Assembly: GCF_006345805.1 (NCBI RefSeq)
Contig: NW_021826974.1
Span: 1-11,501, forward strand
DNA length: 11,501 nt
Direction of reading: 5' to 3'
DNA from: Octopus sinensis
Lineage: Eukaryota
Position 1 is the stretch's first letter. The number at the start of each line of letters is the position of its first letter. Shown here in pieces: positions 1 to 8,943 of this stretch. The notes beneath the pieces are model-generated. The model was not told the DNA's origin and did no database searches. It saw nothing but the letters and a program-made list of their open reading frames with translations. The position numbers and the translations under genes were made by a program.

Positions 1-371
1 GTGGCGGTGGTGACAGGGCTGTTAACGCACGTGGTTGCAGCGTTCCTTTCACCGAATTTCACGTTGGCATTTTCCGTGCGAACGTTCTTTTTTTTCTCTG
101 TCGTTTCCAGACTAGGAAAATGTTGTTCCATAAAAGAACGCGACCAGCGTTCAACAATAAAATTTCTAGACATTTTCTAATGTCGAGAAGAAAATAACAA
201 AAATGAAATGGGGTCGAAACTGCCCCTAGGGCGAATTCCTCCTTTGGAAAAGCACTCAAATGAAAGTTTGTTGCCTTACACACCTTATTTGCAAAAATCT
301 ACACAAAAATTGGCCTATAAATAGTCAAAATAAATGATTACCTTCGGAGCTGAAAAGGACACAATCCGTCA

Positions 372-443
372 ATAGATAGATAGATAGATAGATGTAGATA
401 GATAGATAGATAGATGATAGGATAGATAGATAGATAGATAGAT

Positions 444-494
<51 letters not shown>
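372..494. repeat. (GATA)n tetranucleotide microsatellite
   Basis: Seen: long, lightly interrupted tagatagata run. It explains the SIYL-repeat ORFs at 325-602. Confidence 0.97.
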
Positions 495-495
<1 letters not shown>

Positions 496-555
496 TACAT
501 GGATATCGACACATACCCACATGAATTATATATATTTATATTTGCACATACGCAC

Positions 556-557
<2 letters not shown>

Positions 558-596
<39 letters not shown>
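558..596. repeat. (TA)n microsatellite
   Basis: Seen: uninterrupted TA run. Confidence 0.97.
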
Positions 597-597
<1 letters not shown>

Positions 598-1395
598 GTC
601 AACTACTCGCTTTGAAAGATCCCATTCATTCGCTCGCGGCTAAATGGGTTCGATTTGTTGAATAATAGACTCAATCAATCAGTCAATCTTTCATCATCAG
701 CACCAGGTCTTTGTGTGCCTTTTAGTGATTTGCCGTTCGTTCAATTCTCCGGGTTAAGATTACGGTTTTATGACATTCTCCTCGCTTCCTCTCACAAATC
801 TCCGAGCTTCTGGTAGACATTGTCGCAGACACAGCTCTTTCCTCCCTGACCAAACAGTAAAATACTATGAAGAGAAACGAGTATGCATTAAAATACATAC
901 ATATTTATAGGTATTGATAGAAAAAAATGCACATAATCAGAGAGAACTTGCACATACACACACTATCATACATACATCTTTATACATATGTATATAGAAA
1001 CACGAAGACTTGTGTGTAGTTATAATTGTATATACATAAATCATAACGCTTTTTTTTAAGTTTTCAAATAGTGCACGGTTTGTTTATATTTACGAAGTTT
1101 TTTTCTTTCGATTTCAAAACTCAATATATCGATCTATAATTGATTTCAAAATAAGATATTTATAATATAATCAAATACCATCAGCTGTACAAGCATTTAC
1201 ACAGACTCTTGAAAATATTGTGCACAGCTTTCTTCTTGGTTATCTTTTTTTGCGATCTGTTTATTTCGCGTCTCCTCACCGAACCAGATTTATTTTCAAT
1301 ATTTCCATTTAAAAACAAAGCGAAAAAAGAGAAAAGAAAAAAGAAAAGATGGAAAAATCATCGTTAACTGGATGTAACAAATTTAGAAAGTATAT

Positions 1396-1632
1396 TTCTT
1401 ATCTTTTATCTTTTACTTGTTTCAGTCATTTTGACTGTGGCCACGCTGGAGCACCGCCTTTAGTCGAGCAAATTCTTTGTAAGCCTAGTACTTAAACTAT
1501 CGTTCTCTTTTACCTAACCGCTAAGTTACGCGGACGTAAACACACCAGCATCGGTTGTCAAGCGATGTTGGGGGGACAAACAGAGACACAAACATATATA
1601 CATACATCATACATACATACATACATACACAC

Positions 1633-1663
<31 letters not shown>

Positions 1664-1830
1664 TTATACATATATACGACGGGCTTCCGTCTACCAAATC
1701 CACTCACAAGGCTTTGGTCGTCCCGAGGCTGTAGTAGAAGACACTTGCCCAAAGTGCCATGCAGTGGGACTGAACCCGGAATTATGCGATTGGTAAGCAG
1801 GCTACTTACCACACAGCCACTCCTGCGCCT
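1396..1830 (-). mobile_element. tRNA-derived SINE, family A (octopus-type), near full length
   Basis: Seen on the minus strand: 5' AGGCGCAGGAG, A-box-like TGGCTGTGTGG (1809-1819), B-box-like GGTTCAGTCCC (1766-1776), a CACTTTGGGCAAGTGTCTT core-like motif, an internal microsatellite, and a 3' end GGTGCTCCAGCGTGGCCACAGTCAAAATGACTGAAACAAGTAAAAGA with an (AAAAGAT)n tail. Homologous copies at 8194-8384, 9188-9360 and 10011-10399. The octopus assignment is from recall. Confidence 0.9.
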
Positions 1831-1918
1831 ATTTTCATCTTTTATCTTTTACTTATTCTAGTCAATGGGCTACGGCCATACTGGAGCACTGTCTTGGAAT
1901 GCTTGGTCGAATAAATCG
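1831..1918 (-). mobile_element. Diverged 3'-end fragment of a family A-related SINE
   Basis: Seen: tcttttatcttttacttattctagtca...ggccatactggagcac aligns with the 3' terminus of the copy at 1396-1460. Confidence 0.8.
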
Positions 1919-1953
1919 TGTTTGGTGTAATCAACACAATGATTTCTATACTG

Positions 1954-2272
1954 AAGGTGCGTGGCTTTGTGGTTAGAGCATTCGGCTCACGATCATAAGG
2001 TTGTGAGTTCAATTCTTGGGGACACGTTGTGTCCCTGAGCAAGACACTTTATTTCCCGTTGCTCCATTCCACTCAGCTGGCAAAAATCAGTTGCACCTGT
2101 ATTTCAAAGAGCCAGCCTTGTCACACTTTGTGCCACGCTGAATCTCCTTGAGAACTCCGTTAAGGGTACACGGGTCTGTGGAGTGCTCGGCCACTTGCAC
2201 GTTAATTTCACGAGCAAGCAGTTCCGTTGATAGTATCAACTGGGACCCTCGTCCTCGCACCCGACCGAGTGC
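1954..2272 (+). mobile_element. tRNA-derived SINE, family B
   Basis: Seen: tRNA-like head with A-box TGGCTTTGTGG (1962-1972) and B-box GAGTTCAATTC (2005-2015), followed by gtgtccctgagcaagacacttt, which resembles the central motif common to CORE/Meta-type SINEs. The body is GC-richer than the flanks. The 3' boundary is approximate. Confidence 0.8.
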
Positions 2273-2520
2273 TCCTGACTTCTATAACAAGAGGTAGCTA
2301 AACGGTTAAAGAATACTTTGGGTCATGAATTACCATGAGATGGCGCCTAGAAAGTTAACGTTTGAGGGACAAGTCCGAGCAAGTTTGGTTGTTTATGGAA
2401 GCCCAGCAGTTGCCCAAGCATGTCAGCTTCCACTGAAAAATATAGTGCTGGAAGCCAGGAGATGAGATGGTTATAAACGAAACAACGTAATAATCTTATA
2501 CTCATAGTATGTTCGAAGCA

Positions 2521-2594
2521 AATATATATACTACCAAAGTACCAGTGCATATACATGCATACACTCACATATATACATATATATATATATATAT

Positions 2595-2639
<45 letters not shown>

Positions 2640-2884
2640 AACATATATACATATAAATATATATTTATGCACATACATATATATATATACATATGCATAC
2701 ATATATAAATATATACTTATACATACATATATATATAAATACATATAAAACATATATGTATATATTATATATATATACCTACATATATATTATATATACA
2801 TATATATATATACATACATATATATATTTATGTATATACTTATTCATACATATATATAAATATATATTTAAAGGCACACACAAT

Positions 2885-2944
<60 letters not shown>
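2521..2944. repeat. Compound (TA)n/(TACA)n/(CA)n low-complexity tract
   Basis: Seen directly. It explains the YIYI ORFs at 2347-3010. Confidence 0.95.
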
Positions 2945-3596
2945 AACAACATACAAAACAACACCGCTAGGAATTGCATAAATATATTAAGAGCGAGAAT
3001 GTCGACTTAAAAGTAAACACCGAACAAAATGAAAGCAGCGATTGCCCTCAAGACCTAAAGAGCTGCGATTAGCGGAGCAGTTACATCACAAAGTAAATTA
3101 AAACTTCTGATAAAAACAGTACCAGTATGGACATTGCATGGCGGAAAGATACCAAGAGAGGCAACTACTTAACACACGTATGCTTCCGCCGTCCCCTCTA
3201 TGGCACTATTTTCGAATTGGTTTTTCTCCTCATATTTTTCCCCGTCGTCCATGAATATTTTTTATCTATTTCATTATCTTTCATATTTTTCTCTATTTAT
3301 ATATTAAATGAGAGATGTAACTTCTTGATTAACCCAAATATTTAGAAGTCTGGTCATCAATTTAAAGTCGAAGTGTTTGTATTCTCTAAAGGGCCCCGCT
3401 TTGTTAATATACAAATGAAATTTTACTGTCGTTTGCTTAAAAAAATTGGTTCGCTTGATGGTGGTTGTAAACTGATTACAAACGCAGTCACGTTAACAAA
3501 AATCGCCGCCATATGCTCACACCCTCAAAACACAGTTATGTACGTATATGTACGATTATGTTTATGCATAAGTATATGTATATAGTATTATATTTA

Positions 3597-3631
3597 TCTT
3601 TCTCTCTCTCTGTCTTTCACTCTCTCTCTCG

Positions 3632-3669
<38 letters not shown>

Positions 3670-3677
3670 CACACACA
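3597..3677. repeat. Compound (CT)n-(TA)n-(CA)n microsatellite
   Basis: Seen directly. Confidence 0.93.
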
Positions 3678-3907
3678 TAATCCCTCGCCATCTGTCAGGG
3701 CAATGCCCTTTCCATTTTATCTGCTAGAACCATGAAAAATATATCTACATTGTGAGAGGCAAGATTCTCCGCTTTTTCGTCCCTATTATTGTATATCCCC
3801 TTCCGATCACACATCCGGATTTTCTTTTTCTCATTTGAATTTCTTCCATTTCTTTCCCCTTCTTTATTTTAAAATTTCACTAACACCTAGACTAGTGTTA
3901 CAGAACT

Positions 3908-4117
3908 TATATAGAAAATACAAACTATATGTATATATACATAAATATATATATAATTACATATACATAAAAATATATATATATATATATGTATATACAT
4001 ATATATATATATATATATATACATACATATACATATATATACATATAAGTATAAATGTATATATATAAATACATACTTACATGTATGCATATATCTACAT
4101 ATATATATATATACACA

Positions 4118-4162
<45 letters not shown>

Positions 4163-4320
4163 ACTTCATCTGTGTGTATACACACGTATGTATATGCGTG
4201 TGCATATATTTATATGTGTTTGTATGTATATGTACGTGTATGCATACATAAGTGTACATTCATTCGCTCATATACAGATGTAGACACACGTCCACACTCT
4301 CTCTCTCTTTGTCTCTCTCA
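3908..4320. repeat. Compound degenerate (TA)n/(TACA)n/(TG)n/(CT)n tract
   Basis: Seen directly. It explains the ORFs at 3835-4384. Confidence 0.93.
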
Positions 4321-4669
4321 CCGATGGACACGTACACAGAATACAAATTTACTTAAAACAACACCAATACAAACAAACACCTAGAAAACACCTTCACGAA
4401 CAAAAACCTCCAAATATACGTTAACTGACAAACGTACCCCGTCATAAAAAAAAGCAAAAAACAATAAGACGATGATCAGCAATGATTTGTGAAGTCATGA
4501 TTCGGGTAACGAAGTAAATACGTAACTAAAATTCTGAAGCTAATAGACAAATACACGACATAATAATGTAGAAAGTCGATAATGAAGAAAAGATAACATA
4601 ACAAAAATAATTGTAAAAACTAAAATAAACAATTGTAGGTGTTCGCATAGTCACGTGTTTAAAGAACTA

Positions 4670-5220
4670 TTGGGTTGTCCGGAAAGTTTTTCAAGTAAAG
4701 AAAAATGTCAATAAATACTTGCCATTTACTTGAAAATACCCTCTTCCTAGAATTGAGGTGGTTTCATGGCAAAGAATTCATTAAGGTATCTTTTTACCAT
4801 TAAGATTTCTTTTTACGAAACACACTTTAAAATGGAAGAAAAGAAAGTTCATTTTCGGCACTTGATGCTTTGGGAACCAGACAAAAATTGCTGCAGCTCG
4901 GCTGGGATGTGTTACCCCACCCTCCATATTCACGAGATATTGCTCCTTCGGATTTCCACTTATTCAGGTCTCTGCAGAATAGTCTTAACGGTAAAAAATT
5001 TCAATTCCTTGGATGACGTAAAAAGATACCTTGATGAATTCTTTACCATGAAACCACCTCAATTCTGGGAAGAGGGTATTTTCAAGCTAATAGAAAGATG
5101 GAGATGGAAAGATTGTGCAACAAAATGGTTTATATTTGGTTGATTAAAAATGCAATGTCGGGTATTTATTGACCTTTTCCTTTCCTTTAAAAATTGGCAC
5201 GAACTTTCCGGACAACCCAA
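4670..5220 (+). mobile_element. Non-autonomous mariner derivative (MITE-like), internally deleted and rearranged
   Basis: Seen: perfect 19-bp TIRs TTGGGTTGTCCGGAAAGTT (4670-4688) and AACTTTCCGGACAACCCAA (5202-5220), flanked by TA (4668-4669) and TA (5221-5222), enclosing transposase remnants. Established: TA duplication and short TIRs are Tc1/mariner hallmarks. Confidence 0.95.
4832..5147 (+). pseudogene. Mariner transposase remnant (N-terminal 15 codons fused to the C-terminal end, frameshifted)
   Basis: Seen: ATG at 4832 gives MEEKKVHFRHLMLWE. In another frame from 4876, TRQKLLQLGWDVLPHPPYSRDIAPSDFHLFRSLQNSLNGK carries the mariner YSPDLAPSD motif with the last catalytic D. After a frameshift come FNSLDDVKRYLDEFFTMKPPQFWEEGIFKLIERWR and then IVQQNGLYLVD* (stop 5145-5147). 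The HFRH start and RSLQNSLNGK recall the mellifera subfamily (inference). The listed ORF 4766-5143 is a chimera of these pieces. Confidence 0.93.
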
Positions 5221-6202
5221 TATTTGAACTGGTCTAAAGTTTATAATGTCATTTCCTATATTTGTGCAATATTAGTGTAACAATCTTTTCCTACGACAGT
5301 GTAATAATAAGCAGTACGTTTAGGCGTTTCCACGTCAGAAGATAATCTAGACACGCGCTCACTAATGTTATTAAGCGGTTTAGAATCATTTCATGATGAT
5401 TGGAATTTATATGAATACAGGGAAATTTCTCGTTAGGTTTACTATAAGAACAGTCTTTACCAGCATCTAAATATAACATTATATCTAACAAATTAACTAT
5501 ACATAGATTCCTAACAACCATGATCTTTAAATCTATCTCTTTGAATATGTTATGGACACCTTCCTAACATCATCTATTGAAGGGCCATTCAAACATCACA
5601 AAATGAATAGTGCATTGCCAGGGCGAAGACCGACCTCTGCGTTCGCTGGCATAACTGGATAATTGTAAAGGCTTATATTAAATTTTATTGAGTTGGCAGA
5701 TCTCGCCTTAAGATATTCATAGCCATAGATTTTATAGTAATCCAACTAAATTGAGTGTTATATAAGCAATTACGCGATGGCTAATACTCCATTCTGTTTT
5801 ATATCATATTTTCTGGTTTAAAATTAGTGGATTTGGGTTATATTAAATATTTAATTGACTTTGATATTAACATTAAATTTATATTATATATGGCGGCATA
5901 GGTCTTCATAAATGGAATCAAGGTTGTATGAATCTAAGACACAGAGGAAGGTCGGGTAAATTAACTCTTTAGATTTTTGGTTGAGAGGAAGTAATTGGTT
6001 ATGAGTAAATTTATTGGACGTATTTATAGGTTTCGCATCCGAAAAAGAACCCATTTATGGTAGAAATTGTAAAATAATGCGATTTACTGAGGTACAAAAT
6101 TATATAATGTGATAATATATAAAATGATATATTACGTAATATATAATATAAAATATGATATAACATATAAGATATAATAAATATATTAATAAAATATAAT
6201 AA

Positions 6203-6412
6203 GGCGGCGAAGTTAGCAACCTGGCAGTACCGTTAGCCTAGAGACATTTCGTCTGTCTTTTACGTTCTGAGTTCAAATCCCGTTAAAGGTCCACTTTGCC
6301 TTTCATCCTTCTGAAGTCGATAACATGAGTACCAGTTGAACACTGGGGTCGATTTAATTGACTTACCTCTCCACCGAAGTTGCTGATTTTGTGTGAACAC
6401 CTGAAACTAATA
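6203..6412 (+). mobile_element. tRNA-derived SINE, family C, with Nin/Deu-like central domain, diverged
   Basis: Seen: GGCGGCGA start, B-box GAGTTCAAATCC (6269-6280), gcctttcatccttctgaagtcgataacatgagtaccag (6298-6335) resembling the Nin/Deu SINE domain as I recall it, then ctggggtcgattt and a tgaaactaa end. Confidence 0.8.
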
Positions 6413-6648
6413 TATTACAATATAATACAGGCTGATACAACGATAGGGAAAGATAATACAACAGAGTTAAAATATAAGATGGACAGGCAAAAGCAAAGCA
6501 AAACGCGATTTGCCATAAAAAATAATATATATATATATATAAATATGTCACTGTCAAATACGTTCTTGTATAAGAATAATAAATTTGTACTCAGATTAAT
6601 GTTAACTCTATATTAATGTTTTATTATAACTGAATTTAAGAGCAAACA

Positions 6649-6649
<1 letters not shown>

Positions 6650-6690
<41 letters not shown>

Positions 6691-6719
6691 GTGTGTGTGT
6701 GTGTGTGTGTGTGTGTGTG
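6650..6719. repeat. (TA)n-(GT)n microsatellite
   Basis: Seen directly. Confidence 0.95.
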
Positions 6720-6729
6720 GTAATTGTAC

Positions 6730-6816
6730 GCGGCTGATGAAGGCTTTTGATCTACCTGTTATATCAATTATGCATTGATATAAGTTGTTCAATAAAACCC
6801 GAAACATATGTAACGC
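6730..6816 (+). ncRNA. Type I hammerhead-ribozyme-like motif 1 (PLE-type, long stem II)
   Basis: Seen: CTGATGA (6734-6740); a 60-nt stem II region closed by gg/cc and tttt/aaaa with a perfect 10-bp apical stem ttatatcaat (6759-6768)/attgatataa (6774-6783); GAAA (6801-6804); stem III AC-ATAT-GT (palindrome ACATATGT); and a GUA cleavage triplet ending at 6812. Stem I is weak (gcg 6730-6732/cgc 6814-6816 beyond a G-A mismatch), so activity is uncertain. Confidence 0.62.
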
Positions 6817-6848
6817 AAAATCCTTTGCGTCCTGTTTTTCTTTTGATA

Positions 6849-6849
6849 C

Positions 6850-6886
<37 letters not shown>

Positions 6887-6893
6887 TAGATAA

Positions 6894-6954
<61 letters not shown>

Positions 6955-7017
6955 TAGATATATAGATAGATAGACAGATTGAGAGACAGACAGATAGGTA
7001 GATAGATAGATAGATAG

Positions 7018-7052
<35 letters not shown>

Positions 7053-7078
7053 AACAAACAGACATACATACAAACGCA
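6849..7078. repeat. Compound (TA)n-(GA)n-(GATA)n/(GACA)n microsatellite
   Basis: Seen directly. It explains the SIYL ORFs at 6649-7180. Confidence 0.95.
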
Positions 7079-7369
7079 TAAATGATTAAACCTCTGTTCA
7101 TATAAAATTCGACAGGACAGCACCACTATCACCACCAACCTCGCCACCACGACTACCACCACACACAACGTCCACCACAATCCCTACCAAAACAATAGCA
7201 ATATAAACAACCATATTTATATAGAGAGATTTATATATAGAGATTTCTTTCTCTCTGTTTCTATGTTGGCGTGTATGTTGAGTACTTTTTGATTATGTCT
7301 AAAAGTGCAAATGGCCTTTTCACCGGCCATAAATACACACATTTCTATAAATACATACCTACCTACAAA

Positions 7370-7408
7370 CATACACACACACACATATATATGTAGGTAT
7401 ATGTGTGT

Positions 7409-7451
<43 letters not shown>

Positions 7452-7652
7452 TATATATAGAGGGAGAGAGAGAGAGAGAGATACACAAGCATATATATCA
7501 ATATATATATTGATATATATATATCAATATATATATTTATATATATATATATATTATATGTATATACATGTATGGATGGATGGTTGTATATACACAGACA
7601 CGTAGCATCCAGAGTCCCGCCATACATAGAGACACATATACATACATATACT

Positions 7653-7713
<61 letters not shown>

Positions 7714-7737
7714 GTGTGTGTGTTTGTTATATATATA

Positions 7738-7788
<51 letters not shown>

Positions 7789-7890
7789 GTGTATATATTC
7801 ACATAATATATGCATATATTTATATGTATATATAGACATATATGTCTGTGCGTATATACACACACACATAAACACACTCACACATGTACG
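7370..7890. repeat. Compound (TA)n/(GA)n/(GT)n/(CA)n tract
   Basis: Seen directly, with short unique spacers. Confidence 0.93.
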
Positions 7891-8193
7891 TATACTTTAA
7901 TATTTCCTTCCCTATTGATTTTTGTGTTACGTCCAACATACTCAATGATTGCTATTTGGTCTTTTTCTTTTCAACACCTCTTTATAAATCCGTCTTTCTC
8001 CAAACCCCACCTTCACCATCTGACACCGTCACACTTTGATTGTTTTGCTGTTATTATTATATTTGTTATTGTTGTTGTTATTAACTTTTTTGTGTGTTTT
8101 GCTATCAGTTTATTTTCTGATATTTCAGTTGAATTCAAATGTGGAGCCTTAATTCGATGTCATATGCATGTGTGCGTGTGTGTGTGTGTGTGT

Positions 8194-8384
8194 GTTACGG
8201 GAACATAAACACACCAGCATCGGTTGTCAAGTGATGTTGGGCGGGGGGGAGGGACATAGACACATAAACATATACACACATACATATAGACGACGGGTTT
8301 TTTTTTCATTTTCCGTCTACCAGATCCATTCACAAGTCTTTGGTCGGCTCGAGGCTACAGTAGAAAACACTTGCCTAAGGTGCC
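8194..8384 (-). mobile_element. Family A SINE internal fragment, cut at the 8382-9057 insertion
   Basis: Seen: aligns with about 1526-1758 (aaacacaccagcatcggttgtcaag ... aaaacacttgcctaaggtgcc). Both the tRNA head and the 3' tail are missing. Confidence 0.88.
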
Positions 8385-8495
8385 CTTTTATATAATGTAA
8401 TAATTTGAATTCGCCTTAAATGGTCCCTTTGCATACTGAACACTTGGTGAAATTGATTAATAATTAATTAATTTTACCCTCAATTGTTGAAATTA
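8382..8495. repeat. 114-bp direct repeat, copy 1
   Basis: Seen: gcccttttatataatgtaat...caattgttgaaatta. One mismatch to copy 2 (ggtgaaa vs ggtaaaa). Confidence 0.97.
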
Positions 8496-8714
8496 TAATT
8501 CATCTCTCTCTATTTAATGCCTCGGATTTTACCGAAAAAAGCATAGTGTTTGCTGATTTTAACCCACGCTGGTGGAAAGGGGAGAGCAGAAATTCTTCGC
8601 TTGCATATTTGAGTTTGCTGGCACTGTTAGTTTCGAGCAGATCTTCAGAAGCGATAAGAAGCCGAAAGGGTATGCTCCCACTTTCAGTGTTTTCAAATCC
8701 AAACCAAGGAGTTC

Positions 8715-8766
8715 TGAGCTGATGATAATAGTGTCGAGTTGACTAATCTTGAAACGTACGTTCTCA
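8715..8766 (+). ncRNA. Type I hammerhead-ribozyme-like motif 2 (PLE-type)
   Basis: Seen: stem I tgag (8715-8718)/ctca (8763-8766) exactly abutting the core; CTGATGA (8719-8725); a 25-nt imperfect stem II (tag-gtc/gacta); GAAA (8751-8754); stem III AC-GTAC-GT within the 10-bp palindrome AACGTACGTT; and a GUU triplet ending at 8762. The base of stem II is degenerate (T/T), possibly from CpG decay of CGAAA (inference). Confidence 0.62.
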
Positions 8767-8943
8767 CATAACCTTTGCATTTGATTTTTTAATGTCTTTA
8801 CCCCCATACTTTCGTGAGTTGAATTGAGCAAGCACTATATGAGAGAGTTTTTCTTTAAGTATTAGAAATAGTTTTTAAAAAAAGTTTTTTTAGCTGCTAT
8901 TTCTAATGAGTTCAGTATGCGGCAAAGTAATTTATTTTACTAA

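Noticed and set aside
1-330. CpG-retaining stretch with an E-box CACGTG (28-33), a MEF2/TATA-like CTATAAATAG (315-324) and an acceptor-like ttttctctgtcgtttccag (ending 110)
   Set aside because: Single short motifs are expected by chance in 11 kb. No downstream donor or credible reading frame, and no transcript evidence available.
660-700. Minus-strand CTGATGA-T-GAAA (694-700 region) as a hammerhead
   Set aside because: No room for stem II, and no stem III, NUH or stem I pairing.
700-870. GC-richer unique segment as a possible exon
   Set aside because: All frames on both strands close within about 45 codons, with no recognisable homology or paired splice sites.
2325-2465. 46-codon ORF MNYHEMAPRK...LEARR with a 7-bp inverted repeat tggaagc/gcttcca
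   Set aside because: Short, no recognisable family, and wedged between a SINE and a microsatellite. More likely an unrecognised repeat fragment.
4766-5143. 125-aa ORF as a functional transposase or new protein
   Set aside because: Chimera of antisense duplicated sequence, 15 native N-terminal codons, an out-of-frame stretch and a C-terminal piece. It lacks the DNA-binding domain and most of the catalytic domain.
8468-8831. Open frames inside the 562-bp unit, including a minus-strand peptide ending FLLSPF...NRER*IIISTIEGKIN that faintly recalls a GIY-YIG C-terminus
   Set aside because: No GIY/YIG or conserved Arg/His motifs upstream, internal stops and non-matching spacing. An HMM search would be needed to revive it.
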